Positions 21,324-31,420 of a stretch of 64,000 bases of DNA are shown here, one piece after another (within the stretch, counting starts at the first letter, position 1; each line of letters starts with the position of its first letter). Source of the DNA: an uncultured bacterium (GTDB lineage: Bacteria; Krumholzibacteriota; Krumholzibacteriia; Krumholzibacteriales; Krumholzibacteriaceae); NCBI GenBank assembly GCA_963786935.1, contig CAWBAN010000001.1:1345566-1409565 (forward strand), written 5' to 3'. The translations under genes were made by a program, and so were the position numbers. The notes under the pieces were generated by a model that worked only from the letters and a program-made list of their open reading frames with translations, did not search any database and was not told the origin of the DNA.

Positions 21324-22637
21324 CTACCGCGCCGATCTCCCGAACGAATGATACCTGAATCCCATCCGGTCCATCGTCTCCGGCTGGTAGACGTTCCGGC
21401 AATCGATCACGACGGGGCTCCGGAGCAGCTGTTTCACCCGATCGAGATCGAGCACCCGGAACTCGTTCCATTCGGTCATGATGACGAGCGCGTCGGCGCC
21501 CCGGACGGCGCCGTACGAGTCCTCGCCGTACGCGATCCGCGCGCCGTGAATCCGGCGCACGTTGTCCATCGCCGCGGGATCGTACGCGTTGACGCGCGCC
21601 CCGGCGGCGAGCAGGCGCTCGACGAGGCGGAGCGCCGGCGACTCGCGCACGTCGTCCGTGTTCGGCTTGAACGAGAGCCCGAGCACCGCGATCGTCTTCC
21701 CCGCCAGCGCCGGCAGCTCGCTCCCGATCTTCTCCATGAGCCGGTCGAGGAGCGCCCGATTCACCTCGGACGCCGCCCTGATGACGCGAAGGGGCACGCC
21801 CGTCTCGTCGGCCGTGTGGATGACCGCCGCCACGTCCTTCGGCAGGCACGACCCGCCGTATCCGATGCCCGCGTGCAGGAACTTCGGCCCGATCCGGCGG
21901 TCGAGGCCCATCGCCCGCGCGACCTCGTCGACGTCGGCTCCCACCTTTTCGCAGAGCTCGGCGATCTCGTTGATGAACGAGATCTTCGTCGCGAGGAACG
22001 CGTTGCTCGCGTACTTGATGAGCTCGGCCGTCCGGATGGACGTGAAAACGATCGGCGTTTCGAGGAGGTACAGCGGCCGGTAGATCTCGCCCATGATCTC
22101 CCGCGCGCGTTCGCTCTCGACGCCGATGACGACGCGGTTCGGGCGCATGAAATCCTCGATCGCCGAGCCTTCCCGGAGAAACTCGGGATTCGACACGCGG
22201 TCGAATTCGACCGGTCCCCGGAGGTTCTCCCGGATGATCTCTCCGACGCGCTCGGACGTTCCGACGGGCACCGTGCTCTTCTGCACGAAGACGCGGTACT
22301 CGCGCATATGCGTGGCGATATCCTTCGCGACGGTGAACACCGACGACAGGTCGGCCGAGCCGTCCTCGCGCTCGGGCGTCCCGACCGCGCTGAAGATGAC
22401 CTGCGAATCCTCGACGGCCGATTTGAGATCGGACGAGAACACGAGGCGTCCCGCCGAATAGTTGTGCGCGACGAGATCCTTGAGCCCCGGCTCGTAAATC
22501 GGCATGATTCCGTCGCGGATCGAGTCGAGCCGCGCCTCGTCGATGTCGACGCAGATCACGCGATTACCGAAATCGGCGAGACACGCGCCGCTCACGAGCC
22601 CCACGTAGCCGGTGCCGACCATGCAAATCTTGAACAT
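21324..22637 (-). CDS. ugd: UDP-glucose 6-dehydrogenase
   Basis: GTGYVGL Rossmann motif and the catalytic GYGGSCLPKD motif. Confidence 0.9.
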   Translation of the reverse strand: MFKICMVGTGYVGLVSGACLADFGNRVICVDIDEARLDSIRDGIMPIYEPGLKDLVAHNYSAGRLVFSSDLKSAVEDSQVIFSAVGTPEREDGSADLSSVFTVAKDIATHMREYRVFVQKSTVPVGTSERVGEIIRENLRGPVEFDRVSNPEFLREGSAIEDFMRPNRVVIGVESERAREIMGEIYRPLYLLETPIVFTSIRTAELIKYASNAFLATKISFINEIAELCEKVGADVDEVARAMGLDRRIGPKFLHAGIGYGGSCLPKDVAAVIHTADETGVPLRVIRAASEVNRALLDRLMEKIGSELPALAGKTIAVLGLSFKPNTDDVRESPALRLVERLLAAGARVNAYDPAAMDNVRRIHGARIAYGEDSYGAVRGADALVIMTEWNEFRVLDLDRVKQLLRSPVVIDCRNVYQPETMDRMGFRYHSFGRSAR

Positions 22638-23612
22638 TCACGTCTCCCTTGCGATCCGTTCCCAGTATTCGAACAGCGCGCCGAGCATATCCTCCGTCGA
22701 ATGCTCCCGCCGCCACGCGCAGGCGCGCCGCAGACGCGCGTTGTCGCCGACGAGCACCGGAATATCCACCGGGCGCACGAGCCCCGGATCCTCCTCGACC
22801 CGCGCCGGGACGCCGCACGCGCGGATGAGGAAATCGAGCGCGTCGCGCAGCGGCACCCCCTCCCCCGAGCACACGTTGTACACGCCCGGCTCGCTCGCCT
22901 CCTCGGCGAGCATCCGGTACGCGCGGACGACGTCGCGCACGTCGAGAAAATCGCGCACGACGTCGAGGGTGCCGACCTTCACGACCGGCTCGCGCTTCCC
23001 CGCGCGTATCTCCGCGCACTGGCGCGCGAACGCGGGGAGCACGAACCGCGCGGTCTGCCCCGGCCCCGTATGCCCGAAGCTCCGCACGGCGACGACGTCC
23101 ATCCCGAAGGCGCGCTCGTACTGGAGCGCGAGCATCGTCTGCGCCGCCTTGCTCACCGCGTACGGGCTCACGGGCTCGATCGGGCTCTCCTCGCCGAGCG
23201 GCATCGCGCCGCGCGGCCGCCGCCCGTACTCCTCGCTCGAGCCGACGGAGAGGATGCGGGTCTTCCCCGAACGCGTACGCGCGCCCGGGCACGCGTACGG
23301 CTGGAACCGGATGCTCTCGAACAGGTTGAGCGTGCCGAACACGTTCGTCTCGAGCGTCGAGCGCGGATCGTCGAACGAGCGCGCCGCCGAACTCTGCGCG
23401 GCGAGATGAAATATGCAATCGGGGCGGACGTCGGCGACGAGCGCCTTCACGGCGGCGCCGTCGAGAAGGTCGCAGCGCCGGCGCGCGATGTCTTTCGGAA
23501 ACCCTACGGGCTCGACGACATCGGTCGCGATGACCTCGTGTCCCGCGGAGGCGAGCTCCCGGACGAGATACGCGCCGACGAAGCCGCCGGCCCCGGTGAC
23601 CAGTGAACGCAT
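22638..23612 (-). CDS. NAD-dependent epimerase/dehydratase, GDP-mannose 4,6-dehydratase / Rmd-like
   Basis: TGAGGFVGAYL, SPYAVSKA (YxxxK), GTLDVVRDFLDVRDVVRAY resembling Gmd GNLDAKRDWG. Confidence 0.75.
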   Translation of the reverse strand: MRSLVTGAGGFVGAYLVRELASAGHEVIATDVVEPVGFPKDIARRRCDLLDGAAVKALVADVRPDCIFHLAAQSSAARSFDDPRSTLETNVFGTLNLFESIRFQPYACPGARTRSGKTRILSVGSSEEYGRRPRGAMPLGEESPIEPVSPYAVSKAAQTMLALQYERAFGMDVVAVRSFGHTGPGQTARFVLPAFARQCAEIRAGKREPVVKVGTLDVVRDFLDVRDVVRAYRMLAEEASEPGVYNVCSGEGVPLRDALDFLIRACGVPARVEEDPGLVRPVDIPVLVGDNARLRRACAWRREHSTEDMLGALFEYWERIARET

Positions 23613-23634
23613 GGCAACTCCCGCCCGGCGGCCG

Positions 23635-24597
23635 CTATCTCCTGCCGGGATTGTTCCGCCAGAAATCGAGGAGATCCCTGAGCGTCTGTTCGAACGGTAT
23701 CTCGGGCTTCCAGCCGGTATCCGCCCGGAATTTCTCGTTGGAACCCTCGAGGTGCGGGACGTCGCTCGGCCTGAGCCGCGCGGCGTCCTGCTCGATCGCG
23801 GCCTTCACGCCCGCGAGCGACAGGAGCATCTCGAGAATCTCGCCGATGCGATAGCTCGTTCCCGAGCAGAGGTTGTACACTTCGCCGCTCTTCCCCTTCT
23901 CCAGCGCGAGCCAGTACGCCCGCACGATGTCCCGCACGTCGGTGAAATCGCGGCGCGCCTCGAGGTTGCCGACGCGGATGACCGGTTTGCGGGCGCCGCG
24001 CCCGATGTCGATGATCTGCTTGGCGAAATCGGAGCAGACGAAGATCGCAGGGCGCCGGGGTCCCGTGTGGTTGAAGCCGCGCGTCCGCACGACGTCCGTG
24101 CGGTAGCTCATGAAGTACTGGTAGGCGAGCATGTCCTGCCCGACCTTGCTCACCGCGTAGGGGCTCAGGGGCCGCAGGGGATTCGTCTCCTTGATGGGAA
24201 CCTCCCCCGGATAGACCATGCCGTACTCCTCGCTCGAGCAGGCGATCTGGATCCGGCAGGCGAGCTTGATCTTGCGCACCGCTTCGAAGACGTTGAGCTG
24301 CCCGACGATGTTGGTGACGAGCGATTCGGTCGGCGCGTTCCACGAAGTGGGAACGAAGCTCTGCGCGGCGAGGTGGAAGATGTAGTCGGGGCGGATCTCC
24401 TCGATCGCGTCGCGGGTGGACGTCGCGTCGCGGAGGTCGCATTCGAGGAGCTTCACCCGGTCCCAGATATGCTCGATGTTCTCGGTCCTGCTCCGCCACC
24501 GGACGATCCCGAAGAGCTCGACGCCCTTCTTCGTGAGACAGAGATCGGCGAGATGGCTTCCGGCGAAGCCCGTGATGCCGGTAATGAGAACTCTCAT
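23635..24597 (-). CDS. NAD-dependent epimerase/dehydratase, second Gmd/Rmd-like paralogue
   Basis: ITGITGFAGSHLA, SPYAVSKV, VGNLEARRDFTDVRDIVRAY; tandem paralogue of 22638..23612. Confidence 0.75.
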   Translation of the reverse strand: MRVLITGITGFAGSHLADLCLTKKGVELFGIVRWRSRTENIEHIWDRVKLLECDLRDATSTRDAIEEIRPDYIFHLAAQSFVPTSWNAPTESLVTNIVGQLNVFEAVRKIKLACRIQIACSSEEYGMVYPGEVPIKETNPLRPLSPYAVSKVGQDMLAYQYFMSYRTDVVRTRGFNHTGPRRPAIFVCSDFAKQIIDIGRGARKPVIRVGNLEARRDFTDVRDIVRAYWLALEKGKSGEVYNLCSGTSYRIGEILEMLLSLAGVKAAIEQDAARLRPSDVPHLEGSNEKFRADTGWKPEIPFEQTLRDLLDFWRNNPGRR

Positions 24598-24689
24598 CGC
24601 GTTCCCCTTTGCAAATGGTATGCGAGGCCGGCGCCCCGGACGCGTGCGGGCGCGTGCCCGGCGGAACGTCCCGGCGCGGAGCTTAACTT

Positions 24690-24730
24690 TTGAATTGTAA
24701 TGAAATTACCCGGGGGCCGTCAATGCGAAT
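24690..24730 (-). promoter_or_regulatory. sigma70-type promoter (TTGACG-N18-TACAAT) upstream of the epimerase/glycan operon
   Basis: Read on the minus strand, a near-consensus -35/-10 pair lies in the only AT-rich patch of the 24598-24747 intergenic region. Confidence 0.4.
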
Positions 24731-24747
24731 CGAGACCCGCGCGGGCC

Positions 24748-26028
24748 TCAGCGGTAGACGAACCAGAGCGCGACGTAGGAGGCGGCTACCGCGACGATGG
24801 TGAAGGGCAGCCCCATTTTCATGAATCCAAAGAAGGATATCGGACGCTTGTCCCGGTGGAGCAGCCCCACCGCGACGACGTTGGCCGAGGCGCCGATCGG
24901 CGTGATGTTCCCGCCGAGGCATGCGCCGATGAGGAGCCCGAAGGCGAAGAGCTCGACCGGCAGCGCCGCCTCGGTCGCGAACCGGATCACGACGGGGAGC
25001 ATCGCGGTGACGTACGGCACGTTGTCGATGAAGCCCGAGAGGAGCACGGAGGCCCAGACGACGACGGAGTAGAGCACGAATGGGTGCGCTCCCCTGAGAG
25101 CGCCGAGCCGTTCGACGATCGCCTCGATGACGCCGCGGTTGTCGAGCATGCCGACGAGCACGAAGACGCCGGCGAGGAACGCGGCCGTCGCCCAATCGAA
25201 CTCCCGCACGATTCTCCGGACGCGCCGGTGGTCGTGAAAGCTGTACCAGACGCAGCCGACGAGGGCCATCGCCATGCAAACGGCGCCCCCGAACCAGACG
25301 AAGCCCGGATCGACGAAGGTCGCGCTGGCGAGGAGCAGGATCGTGAGGATCAGGAGGAGGGTCGGAACGACGCTGAAGATCTTCGTCACGGGAATCGGCT
25401 CGAGCTTCCGCTTCATGCCCTTGAAGAAAAAGAAGAGAACGCCGATGCTCACGATCGCGCCGATCTGCACGAACCAGAAGATCCCCGGCTTCACCGCGGC
25501 GGAGCCGTCCCGCATCGGATACACGATGAACTCCATGAAGTTCATCTTCATCGCGGCGCCGAGGATCATGCTCGGTGGATCGCCGATGAGCGTCGCCGTG
25601 CCCTGCAGATTCGACGAGATGGCGATGCCGATGATCACCGGCACCGGGGAGACGCCGGCCTTCCGCGCGAGCGTGAGGGCGATCGGCGCCACGATGAGCA
25701 CGGCGGCCACGTTCTCGACGAACATCGAGAGCACGGAGGTGAACGCGACGATCACGAGAAACGCCATGCCGAGATTCGCGCTGCGGTTGATGAGGACGTC
25801 CGCGATCGTTTCGGGCACCTTCGAAATGATGAAGAGCTCGGCCAGCACGAGCGTGCCGGCGAAGATGCCGAGCACGTTCCAGTTGATGCTCGGGACGATT
25901 TCCCCGAACTTGAGCGTGCCGAGGGCCAGGGCAATCCCGATCCCGGCCCAGGTGACGTGGGCGCGGTGATGCCGGAACACGACGAGGCCGACGTACACGA
26001 CGACGAATATGACGATCGCAAGCAGCAT
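24748..26028 (-). CDS. ion transporter superfamily permease (ArsB/NhaD/CitMHS-like)
   Basis: ~12-TM protein with the duplicated ArsB/NhaD-type helical-hairpin architecture; lies 8 nt downstream of pyrF. Confidence 0.7.
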   Translation of the reverse strand: MLLAIVIFVVVYVGLVVFRHHRAHVTWAGIGIALALGTLKFGEIVPSINWNVLGIFAGTLVLAELFIISKVPETIADVLINRSANLGMAFLVIVAFTSVLSMFVENVAAVLIVAPIALTLARKAGVSPVPVIIGIAISSNLQGTATLIGDPPSMILGAAMKMNFMEFIVYPMRDGSAAVKPGIFWFVQIGAIVSIGVLFFFFKGMKRKLEPIPVTKIFSVVPTLLLILTILLLASATFVDPGFVWFGGAVCMAMALVGCVWYSFHDHRRVRRIVREFDWATAAFLAGVFVLVGMLDNRGVIEAIVERLGALRGAHPFVLYSVVVWASVLLSGFIDNVPYVTAMLPVVIRFATEAALPVELFAFGLLIGACLGGNITPIGASANVVAVGLLHRDKRPISFFGFMKMGLPFTIVAVAASYVALWFVYR

Positions 26029-26035
26029 CGCGCCG

Positions 26036-26764
26036 CTACTCCCCCCTCAGTTCCTCGAGAATGCGCTCCGCCGCCGCGCGCGGGGAGTCCGCCTCGATGA
26101 TCGGACGGCCGACGACGAGGAAATCGCTCCCCGCCTCGCGCGCCGCGCGCGGCGTCGCCACGCGCTTCTGATCCCCCGCCGCCGCCCCCGCGGGACGGAT
26201 GCCCGGCGTGACGACCTTGAAGCCGGCGCCGAGCGCCTCCTTGACCGCGCGCGCCTCCTCGACGGAGGCGACGATTCCGTCGAGCCCCGCCTCGCGCGCC
26301 TGTCCCGCGAGGCGCATGACGAGATCGCGCACCGCGCCCGGCGCGCCGAACGTGCGCGAGAGATCTTCGCCCGAGAGGCTCGTCAGCACGGTGACGCCGA
26401 CGATGAGCGGCCGCGCGACGCCGAGGCGCTTCGATTCCGTCGACGCGGCCCGCGCCGCGGCCCGCATCATCTCGGCGCCCCCCGACGTGTGAATCGTCAT
26501 CATCGACGCGCCGAGCGCCGTCGCCGCCCGCACGGCCCCCTCGACGGTCGCGGGTATGTCGTGGAACTTGAGATCGAGAAACACGGAAGCGCCGAGCGCT
26601 CTGATCTCCCCGACGATTCCGGGGCCTTCGGCGGTGAAGAGACGGCTTCCGATCTTGTACATGCGGATCGCGTCGCCGCACGCGGCGACGAGATCGAGCG
26701 CCTTCGAGCGCTCCTCGACGTCGAGCGCGACGATGACCTCGGGGCGTTTCGACTGCGCGTTCAT
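26036..26764 (-). CDS. pyrF: orotidine 5'-phosphate decarboxylase
   Basis: IVALDV...FLDLKFHDIP...catalytic Lys/Asp context. Confidence 0.9.
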   Translation of the reverse strand: MNAQSKRPEVIVALDVEERSKALDLVAACGDAIRMYKIGSRLFTAEGPGIVGEIRALGASVFLDLKFHDIPATVEGAVRAATALGASMMTIHTSGGAEMMRAAARAASTESKRLGVARPLIVGVTVLTSLSGEDLSRTFGAPGAVRDLVMRLAGQAREAGLDGIVASVEEARAVKEALGAGFKVVTPGIRPAGAAAGDQKRVATPRAAREAGSDFLVVGRPIIEADSPRAAAERILEELRGE

Positions 26765-27676
26765 TCAGCACTCCCTCGATGACGGTTTCGCTCCGACGGC
26801 GCGGGGAATCCCGCGCTTCGCGAGCGCCGCGGCGATGCGCTCGGGAAGGCCCGGATCGGCGAAGATCGCCGTGCCGACCTGCACGGCGGAGGCTCCCGCC
26901 GCGAAGAACTTCTCCGCGTCCGCCACGGACGATATGCCGCCCGACCCGATGACGGGGATGTCGACGGCGCGCGCGATCCTCCAGACGGCCTCCAGCGCCA
27001 CCGGGAGAATCGCCGGTCCCGAGAGGCCCGCTCTCACGCGCCGGAAGACGGGCGCGCGCAGGTCGGGACACAGATCCGCGCCGACGACCGTGTTGATCGC
27101 GGTGAGCGCGTGCGCTCCCGCGGAGGCCGCCGCGGCCGCGAGAACGGTGACGTCGCTCACGTTCGGCGTGAGCTTCGCGACGACGGCGCTTCCCGCGAGC
27201 GTCTCGACGGCGCGCCGCACGTATTTCGCGAGGAGCTCGGGATCGTTCCCCACGGACATGCCCCCCCGCTCGACGTTGGGGCACGAGAGATTGATCTCGA
27301 AGACGCCGGCGGCGGCGCAATCGGCCGCGGCGTCGAGGAGCCGGCAGTAGTCATCCCAGTCCTCGGCGCCGAGGCTGACGACCGGCGTGGCGCCCGCCGC
27401 GGCGAGCGCCGGGAGCTTCTCGGCGAAGAAGACCGCCGCCCCCACGTTCTCGAGCCCGATGCTGTTGAGGAGCCCCGCGCTCGTCTCCCAGAGCCTCCGT
27501 CCCGGATTGCCGGCCCGCGGACGGAGCGTGACCGTCTTCGTGACGACGCCGCCGAGCCGGTCGAGCCTGATGAAATCGGCGTACTCCATACCGTATCCGG
27601 CCGGACCGGACGCGAGAAACACGCGGTTCCTGAACGCCGCGGGACCGATCGAGAATCGCGCCGGGCTTCCCTTCAT
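26765..27676 (-). CDS. pyrD: dihydroorotate dehydrogenase catalytic subunit (class 1B)
   Basis: NLSCPN...GSGGI motifs; start ATG 27674-27676 overlaps the pyrK stop. Confidence 0.9.
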   Translation of the reverse strand: MKGSPARFSIGPAAFRNRVFLASGPAGYGMEYADFIRLDRLGGVVTKTVTLRPRAGNPGRRLWETSAGLLNSIGLENVGAAVFFAEKLPALAAAGATPVVSLGAEDWDDYCRLLDAAADCAAAGVFEINLSCPNVERGGMSVGNDPELLAKYVRRAVETLAGSAVVAKLTPNVSDVTVLAAAAASAGAHALTAINTVVGADLCPDLRAPVFRRVRAGLSGPAILPVALEAVWRIARAVDIPVIGSGGISSVADAEKFFAAGASAVQVGTAIFADPGLPERIAAALAKRGIPRAVGAKPSSREC

Positions 27677-28488
27677 TCCTCCCACTCCTCCCAGGCGATA
27701 TCGGCCGCGTCGAAGACCGTGCCGTCGCCGCATACGGTCCGGAGCGCCGTCGATCCCCCGGCCTTGACGGGGACGACACAGCCGCGGCACGCGCCGACGC
27801 CGCACGCCATGACCGACTCGAGCGACGTGTAATGGGCCCGGAACGCGCCCCGAACCGCGTCGTCGAGCGCGCGGACCATGCCGCGCGGCCCGCACGAGTA
27901 GAGCGTTCCGGCGGGGAGGCGCTTTTCGCGGACGAGCGCGCGGCAGAGCGCTACGACATCCCCGTGAAATCCCGACGAGCCGTCGAGGGTGGCGAACGAG
28001 CGCGAGGAAAATTCCTTCTTCACGAGATCGCCGAGCAGCTCGGCGCGGTTCGCGGCGCCGTAGAGCATGATGATTCTCCCCGCGACGCCCTTCCGGCGCC
28101 ACGCGCGGGCGGCGAAGAGGAGCGGCGCGAGCCCGGTTCCCCCCGCGACGAAAACGGCGGGCGCCCCGGCCGGCTCGGGAAACGAGGACCCGCCGAGCGG
28201 GCCCATGATGTCGAGCGTATCGCCGGGCTTCCGCGCGGCGATCGCCGTCGAGCCGCGGCCGATGACCTTGACGAGGAGCGAGAGCGTTCTCGGCGAGCAA
28301 TCCATGACGCTGTACGGACGCCGCAGGAGCGGCACCGGCGAATCGGAAACCCGTATCGAGACGAACTGACCGGGCCGCGCGTCGGGAAAACCGTCCGGGC
28401 GTTCGAGCACGAGCAGGGCGCAGGACGGGGAAAGCCGCGCGTTTCTCTTGAGCACGGCGTTGAAACAGCCTCTGCGATCCCGCTTCAT
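27673..28488 (-). CDS. pyrK: dihydroorotate dehydrogenase electron transfer subunit
   Basis: FAD/NAD-binding fold (RPYSV, GGTGLAP) and C-terminal 2Fe-2S cluster Cys (CGVGACRGC...C). Confidence 0.85.
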   Translation of the reverse strand: MKRDRRGCFNAVLKRNARLSPSCALLVLERPDGFPDARPGQFVSIRVSDSPVPLLRRPYSVMDCSPRTLSLLVKVIGRGSTAIAARKPGDTLDIMGPLGGSSFPEPAGAPAVFVAGGTGLAPLLFAARAWRRKGVAGRIIMLYGAANRAELLGDLVKKEFSSRSFATLDGSSGFHGDVVALCRALVREKRLPAGTLYSCGPRGMVRALDDAVRGAFRAHYTSLESVMACGVGACRGCVVPVKAGGSTALRTVCGDGTVFDAADIAWEEWEE

Positions 28489-30074
28489 CGCGCGCCTCCC
28501 TGCCCCGGCGGGCGCAGCGTATCGACGACCGCCGTGTCGGCGCGCGTCGCGCCGGCCCCTCTCGTGCCGACGGCCCCCGCGCCGGCTCGCACCGTGTCGG
28601 CGCGCGTCGCATCCGCGCTCGCCGCGCGGGCTGGCGGCGGCCCGGCGTGCGCCGTGTCGGCGAGCGCCGAATCGCGGTAGGCCTCGAGACGCGCCGCGAT
28701 GGAATCGGCGCCCGCGCTCCTGAGCTGGCCGAGCGCCCCTTTCGCCTGGTAGGAGCGCGGATAGCGCTCGACGAGGACCCGCCAGCTCTCGATCGCCGCC
28801 TCGTTCTCCTTGAGCGTGTTCTGGCGGATCCACGCGATCGCGTACGCGGCCTTCGGGGCGGCGGACGTCCCGGGGAAGCTGTCGAGCACGGCCTGGTACC
28901 CGGCGAGCGCCGTCGGGATATCCCCGAGCCGGGTCAGCTGGATCTCGGCGGCCATGAACCGCTTGTCGGCGGCCTGCTCGGCGCTCTCGCCCGCTCCGCC
29001 CGCTTTCTGCAGCTCGAGGAGACGTTTGATGCTGCTGCTCCGCTCGAGGGAAACGGCGGCGAACTCGGAGTTCGCGTACTCGGCCCCCACCTTGGCGAAC
29101 GCGTCGGCGGCGAGCCGCAGCGAATCGAGCCGCTCCTGATATATGATACCCATGCGGTAGCTCGCTTCGGCCGAAAAGGTCGACTTCGGATATTTCGTGC
29201 CGACGACGCGGTACTCGGCGAGCGCGCGGGGAAGCGAATCCATGCACTGGTAGCTCGCGGCCCGTCCGAGGAGCAGCGGCGGCATCTCGAGGGAAACCGT
29301 CGTCTTCGGGATGAGCTCCTCGAAGAGGGCGAGCGCCTCGGCGCACGCGCCGGTCATCGTGAGACATTCGCCGAGCGCGAGCGATATCTCGTACCGCCGC
29401 TCCCAGGGGAGACCTTTCCGCAGCACCTTTTGATAGCTCGCCGCCGCCAGGGCCCACTCCCCGCGGCTGTGGTAGAGCTCGGCGCTCTTGAGCCGCGCCT
29501 CGTCGACGATTTCCTTCTTGTTCGCCTCAGAGGCGACGATGCCGTAGTACTGGAGCGCGCCGTCGTAATCCTCGAGGGCGCGCTTGACGTCTCCGCCGAG
29601 GAACAGCGCATCGAAGCGCAGATCGTGCCGCGGATACTCCGTGAGGAACCGCTCGACGTGCGCGAGCGCCTGCGCGTTGTCCCCCTTCAAATGCGAGGCG
29701 AGCGCGAGCCAATAGATCGATTGCGGAACGTAATCGCTCTCCGGAAAGTTCGTCTGGATCTCCTGGAACTTCCGTATCGCCTTGTCGTACTCCTCCTGCC
29801 GCACGAGCGCCTCCCCCATGAGGAACATCGCGTCGTCGACCCACCGGCTCTTCGGATGGTCCTGGATCATCTGCGCGCATTTCTGCACGACCTGTTTGTA
29901 TTTCTCGCGCTGGTCGCGGGCGGCGGCGTCGGTCGTCGCCGCCTTCTCCGCCTCCCCGTAGATCCGGCGCGCGTTGTACAGCGTGTTGAAATAGGCGCAC
30001 GACTGCGTCGACGCCGCGGCGACGAGCGCGGAGACGGCGAACACCCGGATGACGCGAGACGCGGACAGGCCCAT
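28485..30074 (-). CDS. tetratricopeptide-repeat lipoprotein (BamD/YbgF-like), low-complexity Ala/Thr/Arg-rich C-terminus
   Basis: Signal peptide plus lipobox (ALVAAASTQSC), multiple TPR helices, C-terminal ADTxRAGAGA repeats; embedded in the pyr operon and overlaps pyrK by 4 nt. Confidence 0.7.
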   Translation of the reverse strand: MGLSASRVIRVFAVSALVAAASTQSCAYFNTLYNARRIYGEAEKAATTDAAARDQREKYKQVVQKCAQMIQDHPKSRWVDDAMFLMGEALVRQEEYDKAIRKFQEIQTNFPESDYVPQSIYWLALASHLKGDNAQALAHVERFLTEYPRHDLRFDALFLGGDVKRALEDYDGALQYYGIVASEANKKEIVDEARLKSAELYHSRGEWALAAASYQKVLRKGLPWERRYEISLALGECLTMTGACAEALALFEELIPKTTVSLEMPPLLLGRAASYQCMDSLPRALAEYRVVGTKYPKSTFSAEASYRMGIIYQERLDSLRLAADAFAKVGAEYANSEFAAVSLERSSSIKRLLELQKAGGAGESAEQAADKRFMAAEIQLTRLGDIPTALAGYQAVLDSFPGTSAAPKAAYAIAWIRQNTLKENEAAIESWRVLVERYPRSYQAKGALGQLRSAGADSIAARLEAYRDSALADTAHAGPPPARAASADATRADTVRAGAGAVGTRGAGATRADTAVVDTLRPPGQGGAR

Positions 30075-30087
30075 GGCGGTTATCCTC

Positions 30088-31386
30088 TCAGATCGCGCTC
30101 TGCCATTTCCCCTCGAGGAACACCCCCTGCACGCGGCCGGTGAAGCGGGCGCCGACGAGCGGCGTGTTCTTCGATCGGGAGCGGATGAGCCGCTTCTCGA
30201 AGGTCCATTCCTCCGCCGGATCGACGAGCACGAGATCGGCAGCGGCGTCCCGCGCGATGCGGCCGCCGGGGAGCCCGAGCACGGACGCGGGCTTGATCGT
30301 CAGGAGCTTCACGAGATCGAGCAGGTCGAGCGCGCCCTTCGCGACGAGCTCGGTGTGGAGCTGGGCGAACGCCGTCTCGAGCCCGATCATCCCGGCGGGC
30401 GCCTCGTCGAACTCGACGTCCTTGTCGATCTCGCTGTGCGGGGCGTGATCGGTGGCGACGCAGTCGATCGTGCCGTCGAGAAGCCCCGCACGGAGCGCCT
30501 CGACGTCCTTCGCGCCCCTGAGCGGGGGATTTACCTTGAAATTGGGATCGTACCCGTCGAGGAGGCGGTCGTCGAGGGTGAGGTGGTGCGGCGTCGCCTC
30601 GGCGGTGACCCGCACGCCTTTCTTCTTCGCCCGCCGCACGAGCTCGACGGCGCCGGCCGTCGAAACGTGCGCGACGTGGAGCCGCGCGCCGGTGAGCTGC
30701 GCGAGCGCGAGATCGCGCGAGACGGCGATCTCCTCGGCGGCCGCGGGCGAGCCCTTGAGCCCGAGGCGCGTCGACGTGTAGCCCTCGTTCATCTGGGACG
30801 CCTGCGCGAGAAACGAATCCTCGCAGTGCGCGATGACGGGAAGCGCGTGGAGATCCGCGTATTCGAGCCCGCTTCGCATCACCTGGCTGTTCGTCACCCA
30901 GGCGCCGTCGTCGCTCAGCGCGACGACTCCCGCGCGCTTGAGGTGAAAGTACTCGTTGATGATCTCCCCGAGACGCCCCTTCGTGAGCGCGCCCGCGACG
31001 TACACGCGGCACCGGCCCACTTCCCGGGCGCGGCAGGAGATATACTCGACGACGCTCGGATCGTCGATCGCGGGATTCGTGTTCGCCATGCAGACGACGC
31101 TCGTGTATCCTCCCGCCGCCGCCGCGGCCGATCCGGTCTCGATCGTCTCCTTCTCCTCGAATCCCGGCTCCCGCAGGTGCGTGTGGAGATCGACGAAGCC
31201 GGGCGCCAGCACGAAGCGCTCGGCGTCGAGCACGGGGAGGTCCGTTTCGACGCTCTTCTGCCAGACGATATCGGTGATCTTTCCCTTCTGCACGCAGACC
31301 GAGCCGACGCGGAGCCGCTCCGCCTCGGGATCGGCGATCTTCGCGCCCGCGATCCAGAATTCCCGTTTGTCTTTCCAGTCGATCAT
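30088..31386 (-). CDS. pyrC: dihydroorotase
   Basis: DLHTHLREPG metal site, FKVNPPLR, DHAPH. Confidence 0.9.
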   Translation of the reverse strand: MIDWKDKREFWIAGAKIADPEAERLRVGSVCVQKGKITDIVWQKSVETDLPVLDAERFVLAPGFVDLHTHLREPGFEEKETIETGSAAAAAGGYTSVVCMANTNPAIDDPSVVEYISCRAREVGRCRVYVAGALTKGRLGEIINEYFHLKRAGVVALSDDGAWVTNSQVMRSGLEYADLHALPVIAHCEDSFLAQASQMNEGYTSTRLGLKGSPAAAEEIAVSRDLALAQLTGARLHVAHVSTAGAVELVRRAKKKGVRVTAEATPHHLTLDDRLLDGYDPNFKVNPPLRGAKDVEALRAGLLDGTIDCVATDHAPHSEIDKDVEFDEAPAGMIGLETAFAQLHTELVAKGALDLLDLVKLLTIKPASVLGLPGGRIARDAAADLVLVDPAEEWTFEKRLIRSRSKNTPLVGARFTGRVQGVFLEGKWQSAI

Positions 31387-31420
31387 TGAATCTCCTCTGC
31401 CGTATGCGTCAAACCACCGC

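Noticed and set aside
19273-21849. 858-aa ORF on the minus strand
   Set aside because: Only its C-terminal ~330 aa correspond to wecB; the upstream part runs through rfbB in another frame and is not coding.
20460-23606. 1048-aa plus-strand ORF spanning rfbB, ugd and an epimerase
   Set aside because: Antisense to three well-conserved enzymes; Arg/Asp/Glu-rich repetitive composition; not biologically plausible.
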